Source: Ostrea edulis (taxonomy: Eukaryota). From it: a stretch of DNA of 64,000 bases. The position numbers were made by a program, and so were the translations under genes. Under the pieces are notes generated by a model that saw only the letters and a list, made by a program, of their open reading frames with translations, had not been told where the DNA came from and ran no database searches. The stretch spans positions 96,906,001 through 96,970,000 of the forward strand of contig NC_079166.1 in the NCBI RefSeq assembly GCF_947568905.1. Reading direction: 5' to 3'. Of the stretch, positions 1-13,637 are shown piece by piece (position 1 is the stretch's first letter; the number at the start of each line of letters is the position of its first letter).

Positions 1-3000
1 ATATCTTGTTTAACGTCTCTCTCGAAATTTTTTCACTCATGTGGAGACGTTGCCATACCTTAACATTGGACTGCGTCATGCACTTTTGGCGAATAGGATG
101 ATCACCATCGATATATGTGAGTGTCTACCTTTGCATGAAATACCATTCTTTATTGTTATTTTTCATTAAATATATACAACGTCTAAATTGGTGTTTATAT
201 CTATAATGTCCGAATCTGTTGAGAGCATGTACATTGTCGAGCGTCTGCTGCTCGGTCGCTCGACAGCAGAATGAGAACAAAGCTTTGTTGCCCATTTCCG
301 TCTCAGACAACATAATTGCACCTCATTCGTCGCGTAGGAAATAGATCTTATCTCTAATCGAGATTGATATTACCAAACAAACACAACATGCTCAAATAGA
401 ATAATCTAATTGGACTTTTAACATGTTGATAACGCTGATGAACCACAACTGGGCGCTAATTATGAAAGAGTAAGATGATCAAATCATTATAGAGGAAATA
501 ATAATATCAATAAATTTGGAAATGTTAAGAGCTGTGATGAAAATATCACCCGAACAGATAAAATCTGATTACCGTCAATCAGATTGACAAAGGATTTCTC
601 CTGAAAAAAGATATAGGCTTCTCGACCGGTGTGACCGATCAGTAGATATACCTGCTTTTCCTATGCACATGATCACTACCACCCTGGTGTGTCGATTGAT
701 CCGCTTTTGCCTTTAGTTTTGTATTCTTTATGTCATTAATCACTGTTTGTTACTTTCATTTGTTTATCTAACAAATACAGTCCCTCAAACTTATCTAAAT
801 CTTGTATTTTGTTCTGATCGTCTGTATATACCGTTTGTGATTGCCTATCTATCCCCTTTGGGATAATCATTCTGGTATACTATAACCCCGAGAAACTTCA
901 CATTACTAATGCATTATAGGATCACTCTGATGACCTTTATATCTTTAGTTATATTGGTCCGACTTGTCAAACCATTGAATCTCGCTTCCTATATCTATAT
1001 CTTTAGGAGATGTAAACTGACAAGTAAATCTCGCATGGCAGTGGTTTCGTGTTATCATATTACATATAACCCTGTCTCTCCTTTTCTTCTCTCTTCGAAT
1101 GATGCATAGTAATTAAAGGTTTTTCTTATTTTATAAATCATTTATCTGCAAATTATCATTAGATAATATCCAGGGTAGCCACAGTTAACGATACTCCACT
1201 TCTACATAACGCGACAAGTGTTTGAGGAGATTACTCTCAAGAGATATATACCGGCTTTAAGTAACCATGTGCTAACCATTCTTAAAAATTGGTTACGAAT
1301 TGTCATCCCGGTCGTTCCAGCTGACACATATGCATCATTCGTTAATCAAGAAACACTTTTGAATTGATATAAATCTGTCAAAGACAAGTTGTAATGTAAT
1401 GACGCTGACTGTTGTGAGAAATCAGTAAATAAACAATAAACACCTACCTGTCAGTCTTCTCTTTGAATCCAAATTAATCAACTTAACACTTTCACAGATC
1501 ACCTGTAATCCATAGACAAACAACTCCACGCAGAGATTAGATGAATGACATGCTATTCGTGAGAGCAAAGCATTTAAATGGTGTGGTAGACCAATGAAAA
1601 TCAACGACCTCACCAATCAGAAGCAATTTAAAACCTGAGAATACGTTAACAATAGCATGCCGAAGCAATAATCCATGAATGGTGTATGCCTACCATTCAA
1701 ACATTATGATAACATGCTGCAATCTGCACATGATAAAATCTTTGTGTAACCGACGAGTTTTGTTTCGACGTTTTATTATTATAAATAGGGCTTTGCATTT
1801 TGGGGAAATTATCGTATATTTGATAATTATATTACTATTTTGAAGATGCAATATAGAGCAGATGTTCATCTTCTCTAGATTGTTTCTCTATAACATAGAA
1901 TTCCTCAATGTTGATATTTAATTGCGTAGCTGATAAGTGTTGTGCTACTTTTACAAATCTCTATGTTTATAACAATTAACAATTGATTCACAGAGAACAG
2001 TCAACAAATATATCTTAAACGAATTAAAAAGTTAGAGATTATAGCAAATCTACGGCTGATGACGTCTAGATATGAGTGAAAAATTCTTGAAAGGGCTTAA
2101 TACATGTCATTCATAATTATGTTTATCTATCTTCAGATAGACGCTAATGCATTTCTAACAAGTACTATAGTATGTTAAGTTAACTGATCGTGCTCCGGCC
2201 TTTGGATTCCACAATTATCGGTGCTGGGGTCTAACCTATACTGTCTCCTTTCAAGAGCAATCATAATTTGAAAGAATTTCATCTTTTAAAAGGGAATTTG
2301 GAGTTTAAATCAAAGTTCATTTAAAAAACAACTGTAATGATGAGCCATAAAACAAAGACAATATTGTTACAGGCTTTATCAGCTGGAACTTATGGAATAT
2401 GACATTGTCCAATGTTTGAGATTACCTGTAACTTATATTAGAAACATAGAATGTTTACATGGAAACAAAAGCTAAATAAAATGAAAAACATACAAGCTCA
2501 TACTAAAACTAAACTATAATATTAAGAAAAAACAGAACGTCTTCATATTGTAAATATCAGGTGTTACAATAAGCTATTTGAAAAAGTATGTTCTCAACGA
2601 GAGTCAAGACTGAACGGAACTAAGAACCTTTACTTTAGGATGATTTCAATAAACGTAATGCTCTTTTTCCTGATTCCGCGATGCATGATCTCCGTTTTAA
2701 AGGTCATATCACAAGAACTCATAACTCTCACTTCTGCATGTCGAGCTCTTGGGGCAGAAGCAGTCTCTACCTGTGTTCACGTCTAAGGGTGAAGCGACCA
2801 TGTTTACGATATCAGAGAGAACAGAAGGAATTCAGATAGATAATGTCTAGTTTGAAGTATTTATTCACGCAAACATCACCCAGGCCTTCTATTTAAACAC
2901 ATCTTGACAAATTGATGAAAACACTCACGAGTTGTTTAAACAGTGGCTGTTTAAAGTGTGAACGGTAACAATGTTAAATATATCTAATAACAGATAATTT

Positions 3001-3039
3001 GATATCTCGGGTGAATAAGTGTTAGATCATAAGATCATA

Positions 3040-3160
3040 AAAACACTAGGTGCACAATTGTGGAATAAATTGCCACTGGAACTTTGAGAGCTTGAAGCAC
3101 ATGGAGCATTCCGCAAGAACCTAAAAACACTCTTGTTCAAGCGTGAATATGCCCTGTGAA
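3040..3160 (+). mobile_element. 3' end fragment of an L2/CR1-type LINE
   Basis: Translates as GAQLWNKLPLEL*ELEAHGAFRKNLKTLLFKREY, resembling the LWNxLP...FKxxLKTxLF C-terminus of L2/CR1 ORF2; contains a stop. Confidence 0.6.
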
Positions 3161-3667
3161 TGTAAAATTCAGTTTAATATCAAGGATTCCATGTGCAAGC
3201 TCTTGCAAACTGAATTTTGATCCAACATACGAATATCTGTATGCCAATGCTATCTTCGCAACTCAAAGTCAACCACTTCGTCATTTTACTACCATGTTTT
3301 ATTTTAATTCTTTCTATTGTTTTTCTTTATAGCTCTTGCAGGTCTTTTATTAGTATATTATCAATGATTATTAGCACAAACATTGTGCAGCGCATACAAA
3401 CTATAGATAATTTTGCGCTTGATAAATGAATATAATAATAATAATAATGTGTTAGATAATAAGATCAAAATATGCCACATGAATGACTAGTATTCTAAAG
3501 CATATGAGGGACCAACTCAATATTTTCATCTGAGTAGCATTTTGCTGAATTGGTTTAATAACTAGACAATGAAGATTGCTTCTAAACGATGTAAAAAAAA
3601 AAAAGATGTTTTCTATCTATGCTTTTTTAGAGCTTTTGGAAGATATGTTCTCTCTGAATAAAAATAG

Positions 3668-4283
3668 CACCTCTGGTGTGTCCAGGGGTCCGTGTTTGCC
3701 CAACTATCTATTTTGTATTACTTGTAGGAGTTATGAGATTGATCACTGTTCGTTATCTTCACCTTGCATTCATAACATTTGAAATCAGCATTTCGTAAAT
3801 TCTATGGTCGTTATCACGATCTGGTTTGCCAATACAACCAATCATTGGGTTGAATGCTGTTTGACGTGTTTCATACGAATTTTAGACCGTTCTTGGCACT
3901 CTAATTTTGACTCCGGATAACTTCGTTTTACCTGATAAAGAAATAGGGCTTACAACGGGTGTAACCGGTCGTCAGGGGATGCTTACTCCTCCTAATCCCA
4001 CCTCTGTTGTGTCCAGGGGTCCGTGATTGCCCAACTCTTTATTTTATATTGCTACTATGAGTTATGAGATTGATCGCTGTTCGATATCTTCACCTTCATA
4101 GGAGTTATGAGATTGATCGCTGTTCGTTATCTTCACCTTTAGGCAGTTCTTGGCATACTGATTTTGACTACGGATAATTCCGTTTACCTGATCAAAATAT
4201 AAGGCTCGTGATAGGTGTGACCTGTCGACAGGGGATGCTTATTCTCTAAGGCACCTGATCCCACCTCTGGTGTGTCCAGGGGT
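3668..4283 (+). mobile_element. Head-to-tail cluster of three truncated Penelope-like element (PLE) terminal fragments
   Basis: 3785-3885 reads SAFRKFYGRYHDLVCQYNQSLG*MLFDVFHTNF (RT C-terminal-like). It is followed by the shared terminal sequence cctgatcaagatatagggctc...ggagttatgagattgatcactgttcgttatcttcacctt, which recurs at 3668-3769, 3890-4140 and 4144-4283. Confidence 0.75.
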
Positions 4284-5374
4284 CAGTACATGTTCCGATA
4301 TGAAGAAATTCTTACCATTTGGCTAATTTGCATACCGCCATCTTGGAATTCGAACTAACAGTCATTACGAAAAGAAATTAATGGAGAAAATATGTAAAAT
4401 CACAATTGTAAACTAAACTCTGCATAAACACACGTTTCCAGCATCACATCCCATTCTTCATGTTCGTATCTCTTCAATGAAACAACTCTCAACGTAACTG
4501 ATACAATATCCCATTTATAGTTTTAGCCCCATTCAATCCATTATAAACATTTCAAGAATCTTTGAAAAGTACAAAAAGTCCACTTTTTCACTTCAAAAAG
4601 GAACAGATACGAATTATGGGTCACTAATCCTAGCATCGGAAACGGGAGATTGAGATGTGTTTTTCTGGAATCTATTCACAAATGTTTTGAATCATTTTTC
4701 AAAAAAGTTCGTTTTCGAATCAAAACCACTGTTTTCGGCTTTTCTAGTATTTCTGCAAAGGGACGGGGGAATATAGAAAATACACTTATGCACATGTATT
4801 CATTTCATGAATAGAAATGTCATGTTTTCTGTCCTTGGCACTTGTACTGACGTCATGATGCGCCCAAAAGGAATACCTACAAAATGTTTCGATGATTACG
4901 GAAAATAATGTAAATATGATGTCTCACTGAATATGAGGTCTCACACAACAAAAGGTATATTTATTGCTGAAAATGTACTCATACCTGCAGTTAAGATACG
5001 CATTATATATTTGAGATAGATTTGCCGGGTAAAGGTTCGATCGCCCGATGGTGTTTGGTGTTGCAATTTGTGTGAGGGAGTGTACATGCATTAACTTACC
5101 GAACAGGGTCCTCTCTGTATAATATTACGTGGACAATTTGTACGTGCCAGGAAGTGGGTTTTTTTCTTTTCTTAATTTCTCTCGTGGTTGAAATATTGTT
5201 TTGTCAGAGCTTATCAGTTCTTCGAAATTAATTTTCACACCACGAATTACCATTAAAGGTAAGCGGTACAACAACTTTTTTTATTAAGTTACGCGCTTAA
5301 TGAAAATTCATAACTTCAATATCAACTGATATCGAGCTCATTAATAAAGTGGTAAGAATTTCTCCATATGAATT

Positions 5375-5636
5375 ATGAAAGGCGAAGATAACGAACAGTG
5401 ATCAATCTCACAACTCCTATAAGCAATACAAAATAGATAGTTGGGCAAACACGGACCCCTGGACATACCAGAGGTGGGACCAGGTGCCTAGGAGGAGTAA
5501 GCATCATCTGTCGACCGGTCACACCCGCCGTGAACCCTATATCCTGGTCAGGTAAACGGAGTTATCCGCAGTCAAAATCAGTGACCCAAGAGCGGCTTAA
5601 CAATCGGTATGAAATACTTCAGACAGTATTTGACCC
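5375..5636 (-). mobile_element. PLE-type terminal fragment
   Basis: Reverse complement of the terminal sequence seen at 3890-4140 (atgaaaggcgaagataacgaacagtgatcaatctc...). Confidence 0.8.
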
Positions 5637-5638
5637 AT

Positions 5639-5760
5639 CCATTCCTACGCAGGATACAATCGTATTTTTAACGCAGAGTACAACCAACCCTTACGGTAAT
5701 TTACTATGAAGAGTGTAGATTCTCTGCGTCAAAACACGATTGTATCCTGAGTAGGAATGG
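5639..5760. mobile_element. 122-bp hairpin/MITE-like element
   Basis: About 40-bp inverted arms, CCATTCCTACGCAGGATACAATCG...CGATTGTATCCTGAGTAGGAATGG; no clear TSD. Confidence 0.6.
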
Positions 5761-6950
5761 TTGTAATCAGATGACTTTTGGCCACGGTGAAGACATGCAT
5801 TTATGTTGATTAATGTAATTGACAGCTGGCTGAAAGTAATAAAGAATAGAACAGATGATAGACTGCATTGGACGTAGTCATTAATCTGCTGACCATTTGT
5901 CAGATATTGCTGATTGTACATTGACTGCTTAAAAAGAATGGAAGTTTCCTGTGAGAAATCCACAACAATGTCCATTGAAGTTTCATAGGCAGACATTTAT
6001 ACTTCAACTTAAATCGCCACTAACGTTCACGCTAAAATATTCATTCACTCATTTAGAAATTCCGTTGAATTGCCCTAGAATTGGGCCTGTCTGATATCTC
6101 CACTTCTTAGACTAAATGGACTTTGATATAGCTAGATGTTGAGAACTTCAAACCGAAGGCGAATAAGTTATTTTTCTTTTCCAAAGGAAAAAGAATGGAG
6201 GACTAAACTAATTCCAGCCGTATCCAGGGTAGATGCGTCCTGTAATCCCGATACAGAGCATATTAAATTTTGCTCAGAACATTTTGAGGACAGTTGTTTA
6301 TTGTTTCACGGTAAGTTTGTTAATGTTACACATGTATGAACTACCGAATTTATTCCAAACTTTCTTTTTTTATATAATTATTATATATGAAACTACAGTT
6401 ATTTTACAGATTGCTGCTCGTTGCAGTGTCTTCTATGGTTGGTTATGCATGAAGCATGTTTTATTTCTTTTGTGGTTACCGATATAAGTACTGGATGTGA
6501 CTTGTAATTTCATTCAAGCAATTCAGTTACTGTGTCATTTACTACATTTTAAACACTTCAGTCCAGACCACTTGCCATCATTCCTTCAAGACCTATCAGC
6601 TGAGGGATGTGAATCATACACATTGTATCCTTTTAAAAAGCATTCATGCAGATTCAGCATTGTCAATGAAAAAATGAATAACATTCAAAGACATGGTCCA
6701 ATAAATGGATTCATTCCAAGTTATTAACTGATGGAAGTTTATAAGAATGATGATTTACTGATATGTATGCATTTTCAAAATATAAAAAAAATCTTATGAA
6801 TTCACAGGTAATGGATACGAACTAATAACTCGAAACTTGCCAAACCTAAATATGCCTTAAAAGAGCATAAAAACGCCTTGTGGTCCAACATAAAATAAAC
6901 CTAACATTATTATCTCCCTTTTCTCTCTCTGTACTTTTAGTCTATTCTTT

Positions 6951-7084
6951 ATGCAAGGTGAAGATAACGAACAGTGATCAATCTCATAACTCCTATAAGC
7001 AATACAAAATAGATAGTTGGGCAAACACGGACCCCTGGACACACCAGAGGTGGGATCATGTGCCTAGGAGGAGAAAGCATCCCC
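6951..7084 (-). mobile_element. PLE-type terminal fragment inserted in the P-element relic
   Basis: Same terminal sequence family, reverse strand. Confidence 0.8.
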
Positions 7085-9536
7085 ATAAAACACACAAACA
7101 CAATATTTTATAAAAACACACTATTAACCTGTAAATCTTTTCTTTTTTATTTCATATCCATGTATTTATAAAATCACATATAAAATGAAAAACCATCATT
7201 TCAGACCTATCGCCCAACCCCTACAGTTCCTGAGAGAGTAGTTTACTACTCCCTCACAGAGGTTAGGAAAGATTTTGAAAAAAAAATCATGATAGAGATT
7301 GGATAAAAGTTAAAAATGATGCACTGGTGCTAGGAAAGTATGACCAATCCTCAGGAATCATGGAAAATTGTTGATAGTAAATCAGAATCCAGAGGTCACT
7401 GTCCGTTTTGGTGGTATTGTTTTTTCCATTACAATTTTTACACTGCTTAGAGGAATAATTCGGTAAAATTTGACGTCCTTGGAAAAATGCATATTGGATT
7501 AGGCATAAGGACTCCATGCATATATATATTATATATATGTATGTATGCTATCCCTCTAAGTATCTACCAAAGAAATACCAATGGTTTTACATTGGAAACT
7601 TTAAAATGTTTCTTATCTTTATATATTTCAAATTTGCAAGTCAACAAAACTAGAAAATATCTATTGCCATTGTGAGATCAGTTAAAAGGCACCTTGTGGT
7701 GTCATATACATGTACTTGTAGAGGGGGGATATAGGCAGCACTATACAGTTTTAATTCACTTGGCCTATGACGTTTCAAGATTTGTATCAGAGGCAAGATA
7801 AGTAAATTGATAATAATATATGTACATTTTGGAAAAAATCATGTGTTGGTTAATAAGTTTTTGCCATAACAGAAGTAGCGGTTCAAGGATCAGAGAAATC
7901 AGTAGAGAAGATTAGAATCAACAAATTCTTGGAAGCCTTGGAAAAGCTGTATAAATGCACCAGTGTTAAAGATAGCTCAGATGTCAATATTAAATGTTCT
8001 CAGGGATACCGCTTTTTTTTTCTACTCACATAATCAATAGCAAACCATCCAACAAAAGTGTGATTCGTGCTAACAGTTGTTTTGGTGGTGTTCAGGAAGT
8101 GGCAATGTGTAGTGCATGATCCAAGCTTCAAAGCTTAACGGAAAACTCATCTCCTCATGAGCTTCATCCCAAAACCCCTCTAACACATGTACCCCAAACA
8201 GCACTAATAAAACAGGTCAACGTCATCAGAGAGGTAAACAGAAAACGTTGGAGCCTTGTAGATTCTTTGAGCAAAAGTAATATAAAATAACATCAATTGG
8301 ATACATTGTGGACCAAATAATCAAATATTATTTTTTGCATGTATCATATACATTTACAGGTATACAAGTTATAAAAATTAAACTTCAAACTAGCTAATAA
8401 CAAGTATTACTTTCATCTTGTCATATGCAATCAAAGGTGAGACAGCCCCTGTTGCTGAAGATGTTGGAGAGGGTCTCTTTGCTACTCTTCAAAACCATAA
8501 ACCAGGAGACACCCTGATGGACCTTTTCTGGAAGGAACAAAAGAAAGCTTTTACAACAAGTCCAAAAGGTTTAAAATTTTATCAGTATGTACACACGTCA
8601 CATGGACAATGATCTGCAGTGTACATGTAGTCAAGAAATAAATAGCAATGTTAAAACGTTCACTAGAATATGAACTTACCGTAGACTTCTCAGTAAATTT
8701 GATCAAGTTACAACCAAGTTCATATCCCCATGAACTTTTTAACATTGTTATTTCTTATGTTTACTTTTGGGAAAAACAGATTATTTAAAATTATGAACCT
8801 ATAACTGTTATTTTATATCTATAATAAAGCATAAGGGAACTATGAACTAGTACGATGATCATTGTGATATCATAAATATGACCTCTTGACCCTTAAAAAG
8901 TGCATAAAGAACTGAATGTTTCTGCTCTTCAGTAGGTTCATAAGGAAATATAAGGAAAAATATTTGCAAATGTACATGTAAATATTATATTTTTAGAGTA
9001 AATTCTGCTATAAATTACTCAGGTATGAGATAGCATCCAATGATGATAAGGTTTGCGATATTTCTTTGATGCCAAAGAATAAGGGCATATGATTCAACAA
9101 GAGAAAGTGGGGTCCTTAGACTACCCAACCAGGCCACTCTTCGGGACTATCCCAATTTCATTCATCCCCAGTCTGGTTTTCAGTCTGAATCTTTTCAGGT
9201 GAATAAAAAAATAAGATTATTATGATACATGTACTGGTATTCTAGAAATTCAAATATCTTTGATTAAGTGAAAAGAGACATTTCTAACTGGCATAAAAAT
9301 ATACCAGGCATTATTTAGTTTGATCTTACGATAAACGATTTGGGTAAAGGAACTAAAAAGAATTGCCAAGGACTTGCCATCAGAGAAGAGATATGTTTTC
9401 CTGCTTCATGATGAGATGAAAATCAAAGTAAATCTTGTCTTTGACAGAAGAAGCCAACAAGTAGTAGGGTTGACCAACCCAGAAACTTGGACTTTCAATG
9501 AGGTTCATAATGTTAAATAGTTTTTACACATAATAA

Positions 9537-9940
9537 AATTTGTTTGAAATCCGAAATAACAATGAAGTTTTAGAGCTATTATAGGGGAAAACAGTGTGCC
9601 AAAAAAGTGGAGTCAAATTTGGCTAAGGATAAGAGATATGCGTGAGAGAGATAATCCTTAATTTTGAAATGAATTTCTAAATTTTATAACAGCAATTGAA
9701 TATGCATCCGTATTTTCAAGCTAGTAACGAAGTACTTAGCTACTGGGCTGTAGAGACCATCGGGGACTAGCAGTCCACCCGCAGAGGCCTCGACCCAAGG
9801 GTCATAATGTAAAACTTGTACGGTACCAATTTTGATGCACCAGATGCGCATTTCGACAAATAATGTACCTTCAGTGGTGCTCAACCGAAATGTTTGAAAT
9901 CCGAAATAACAATGAAGTTTTAGAGCTATTGTAGGAAAAA
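9537..9940 (-). mobile_element. Retrozyme-like repeat, locus A (~1.15 copies of a 350-nt unit)
   Basis: tgtttgaaatccgaaataac occurs at 9541 and 9891 (period 350); sequence shared with 14300-14787 and 57762-57920; contains a hammerhead motif. Confidence 0.8.
9837..9880 (-). ncRNA. Degenerate minimal hammerhead ribozyme
   Basis: Minus strand reads GCACCA CUGAAGG UAC AUUAUUU GUC GAAA UGCGCA UC UGGUGC; core A9 is changed to G and the G10.1-C11.1 pair is lost, so it is probably inactive. Confidence 0.7.
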
Positions 9941-10584
9941 ACAAGATACATCCATGACTGGCAAGCCTCTGTCTCAACCAGACCAGGATTTTCAAAGCAG
10001 GAAAAAATAAGATGGTCCTCTCACATCAGACATGTGAAGGAATCATCATGACAGGTTAGCCATTAAAATAAAGTATGTAACATTTTTCACTAAACAAGAT
10101 CACTCTGATTTGAGGGTACTTCGAGTGATATGTCAATTGATGTGAATAGGAAAACCTACAATCTACAGTGTATTTCATAATTTGTAATCGATTCAAGTAT
10201 TCTGAACATTAGGTTAGATCAAACTGTATACATTTATGCGTTATAATTTTTCAAAGAATTTTTTAAAAATATTTTTCATTAGTATATCGTGTGTCCTCAA
10301 ATAAATTTATGACTTTCAGTGAATGTCTTTTTTGAATGTATCAAATACCTACTGCAACAAGGTGTACCATACATCCTCTTGAGGAACACTTTGTCAGACA
10401 TAGGGGACTAGGGGCTCGACATGACAACCCCACTGTTCATCAGTTCAGATTTGTAAATTCCTCAACAAATCAGATCATAAACTTCAAGTTTTTGAGTTTT
10501 GACAAATTAAAACTTATAGCAATTTCAGTTGAAATGTTATAGCCACAATTCTAAACAAATGATATTAAAAATGAATGTTGAAGA

Positions 10585-10965
10585 AAGGAAGATGTGTTTG
10601 TGAAACACAAATGCCCTCGATAATAGCCAATTCCAAAGATGGCCAAGGTCAGAAGGACAAATATCCTGGTACCAGTAGAAAGATCTTATCACAAGAAATG
10701 CTCATGGGCAATATGAAAGCACTAATAGTTACCATAAGAAGTTATGACCAATGTCAATTGTTTTAAAAGTAGTTCAAACCCCAAGGTCAAGGTCACAGGG
10801 TCCAACATGTTGGTACCCACAGAAAGGTCTTCTCGCAAGGAATACTCATGTGAAATTTCAAAACTCTAGCACTTATTGTTCAAAAGTTATTAGTAAGGTT
10901 AAAGTTTCAGACAGAATTACAAAATGACAGACAGGACAAAAACAATACACCCCCTCCCCCCTTTT
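10585..10965 (-). mobile_element. Pearl/HINE-type (Helentron-associated) non-autonomous element
   Basis: gtttgtgaaacacaaat terminal hairpin, caaggtcaaggtca core-repeat motif and gacagacag microsatellite, in reverse orientation. Confidence 0.6.
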
Positions 10966-11654
10966 TAATCATAACCATAATGATGTATATTTTAACCTTA
11001 ATTCAGCTACCAAGAAAACCAGGTGCGATTGCAAAGGATCCTTGCAATGAGCATAGTTCCTAAGGACAACACTGCAGAGAGGACATGGGAGAAGAGAAAG
11101 CCCACAGTATCCCAGAGTCCAATCCAAAAAAATTAAAAGACAGTAGAATTAAAGAAATTCTATATAAAGCTTGTTATTGACTCATACTGTTGATAATTCA
11201 CCATTAAGATCTATTGTTAAACTATATCTACAGTCAGAAATAAAGCTTTCTTTATGCAACAACACAAAATGAATACACTCCTTAAGAAGAATTGTAAAGT
11301 AGTTTATTTGAAAATTTGTATCACAACATATGGGTGTTTTAAAACATTATGAAACAAACTTTGAACTGAATATACTGTGAACATCTGACAAAATTGACAA
11401 GCCAATACATAAAGGTAGCGACTTCAATGAACGTCTCCATTTTTGACATCTATTTTAACTTCAGATATCTTATCTCAATGTCAAAATATAAAAATATACA
11501 TGACATTCTTTTGATGCAAACACATTTTTTCCACAAGGTACATTAACACTTTCCTCAACTACATATACTTATAAATATTGCATTTCAAAAAGCCAGAACA
11601 ACCCATAATATCATTGTCTGCTTTCACATCATAACACATCGCAAAAAATATGTA

Positions 11655-12410
11655 TCAATCAATAGATTTACGAAGAGCTTTTTGCTTGCTTACCATTTTT
11701 GTTTTGGAATAGAAATTTCCCATCATTTGTCTGCATTTTGCATGGCATCTGACTTTGTGAAAAAGAGATAATATTGTTAAAAACAACTTTTCTTGCACCT
11801 CAGTTCTTGACTCGGAATAATACGTACAGTTATAAAACATTGTAACAGCTTCATTTCCCAGACAAATGGAATCAGTAAATTGTTGAAGTGTAGGAACCGA
11901 CATTGAAATACGCAAGTTCCTAAATGCTAGCTCCAATAAAACAAAAACGTCTACAATATCAGACAATGGCTGTGTCAGCCCACCTCTAGACTTAACAAAA
12001 ATCAATTCAGTTGTGTCATCTTTTTCAATAAGTTTATCTATGCATTTTTCAATTTCAGGACATAAACTAAATTTCCTTTTGCACCGATATAGCATAAAGA
12101 ATGCAATGTATGCAGTTATATCTCTTTCCTCTGATTTCAAAATCCTACAATCGACAGTATTTGATTTTGTGGTGGATTGACAAGGAGACATATCTATTAT
12201 GATTTTCTCTGCTGATTTTAGAGAAATGAAAGCAGAGAGCTGACGATTTTTGACAATTTTAAAAATTTCATCAATCAGTGAAGGCTGCATAATCTGGTAA
12301 TTGCGCCAGGCCTTTTCCCTGGCTGCAGAAGGGAAAATTTCTGTCGCAAATATGTTGTTAAGGGGTTTTAAAGCTGGAACCAATTGGACAGCCGTAAAGA
12401 TATTGTACAA
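11655..12410 (-). CDS. 251-codon open frame resembling the C-terminal domain of P/THAP9-type transposases; probably the last exon of a TE-borne accessory gene
   Basis: Motifs AYIAFF..YR.KRK...C...C, LIFVKSRGGLTQP, LELAFR, LFHKVRCHAKCR and K.KALRK; no true ATG at the track start; candidate acceptor ttccag ending at 12374; convergent with the transposase relic. Confidence 0.6.
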   Translation of the reverse strand: MYNIFTAVQLVPALKPLNNIFATEIFPSAAREKAWRNYQIMQPSLIDEIFKIVKNRQLSAFISLKSAEKIIIDMSPCQSTTKSNTVDCRILKSEERDITAYIAFFMLYRCKRKFSLCPEIEKCIDKLIEKDDTTELIFVKSRGGLTQPLSDIVDVFVLLELAFRNLRISMSVPTLQQFTDSICLGNEAVTMFYNCTYYSESRTEVQEKLFLTILSLFHKVRCHAKCRQMMGNFYSKTKMVSKQKALRKSID

Positions 12411-13306
12411 ATATTTTTTTTTATATTTGCAAATGACATTACTAGACTACATTAATTGATATAAATAAATCCGTTTAACCTTTTCCTTTTCTAAGTACTG
12501 AATAGCAGAAAGCATTTCCATATAGTTGTTATGATTCATGTTATTATTATACAATAGAATAGACAACAGCTAGCTTGCATCATGACATCTTTTGAGGTCC
12601 ACATGATTACTATTCGTCATTTTTATATGAACAATGATAATGAAGATACAAATGAACCATTATACAATATAATGAAACAACAATTGTTAAAAGGATATGA
12701 TAGACTATTGATTCCATCTTTGCTTGAAAGAGGCTTTGCAGATTTTTAATGTACACATATCAAGATTTCTAGCTCCCCTTCTTGATGAAACAGAATGCAG
12801 CCAGTTGTTAAAGTACAAAACTGACAATTACAACTATTGAAGCCAAGCTATGTACTTTTATCAAAACAAACAGCATGAACAAGCTAAAGTTTTTAAAATT
12901 GTAAAGATTGTGCTTGATCATAGCTGAAAAAGGAAAATAACTAAAAATAAAAACATTATGTTGAATAAATCAAATACAAAACATTGATACAACTGTGTCT
13001 TTCTTTTTAAATTAAGTTTCCATTTATAGACCCGAGTATTGTTTTTATGTGATCAGGTAATATCTCGTCACTTTGTATGTTAAGAATAACACCTTGTGAT
13101 AATCCCACGGTTACTTTGGTCCTCCACATGTTTATTAACAATAGAAATTGCAGGCAATGGCTGTTCATGAAGAGTGTCTGCATCGAAATCCTTATTAACA
13201 AACACAAACTTATTTTATATTTACAAATTACGTCACAACGTGTTTCAACTTTCAGATTCACTGAAAGTCGGAGATTCCGATTGAAATAATTCAATAAAAA
13301 CAAACT

Positions 13307-13457
13307 TAATGTAAATTTTATAGGGTATTCCTAATCATTACTTTGATATGAAGTATTAATGTAAATTTTATAGGGTATTCCTAATCATTACTTTGATATG
13401 AAGTACTAATGTAAATTTTATAGGGTATTCCTAATCAGTACTTTGATATGAAGTATT
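13307..13457. repeat. 50-bp tandem repeat x3
   Basis: tagggtattc at 13321, 13371 and 13421. Confidence 0.95.
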
Positions 13458-13637
13458 TACCTCGGATTCAAATAGGGCGCGTAATTCCAAATCGAAGCTA
13501 TTGTTTCCACTTGCCATCATATAATAGGAAGTCCTATATATGCCTCCCGGTTAGGGCGCTGCGAAAACAGGAAGATGATTTGCGCGAAAATGAGCCAGCG
13601 GTCCCTCCGTTATATGTCTATACCCAAACTATATTAT

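Larger units (their letters stand above)
6115..11150 (+). pseudogene. Decayed, intron-containing P-superfamily (THAP9/P-element-like) transposase
   Basis: Ordered remnants: THAP finger YFSFPK..W..KFCSEHF (6136-6310); DLFWKEQKKAF (8430-8575); GMR*HPMMIRFA...SGVLRLPNQATLRDY (9020-9170); YVFLLHDEMKIKVNLVFDRRSQQVVG (9340-9500); VLSHQTCEGIIMT (~10010-10052); ECIKYLLQQGVPYIL/LEEHFVRHRGLGARHDNPTVHQF (10316-10450). Stops, frameshifts, a deleted middle and several insertions. Confidence 0.85.

Noticed and set aside
125-1620. Short ORFs and TE-like sequence at the start of the window
   Set aside because: No convincing motif; 620-760 looks like a very old PLE terminal copy, and the rest is too decayed to call.
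13610-13622. Possible right terminus of the P element (TATAGACATATAA on minus)
   Set aside because: It resembles P-type termini as I recall them, but I found no matching left terminus or TSD, so the element boundaries are not called.
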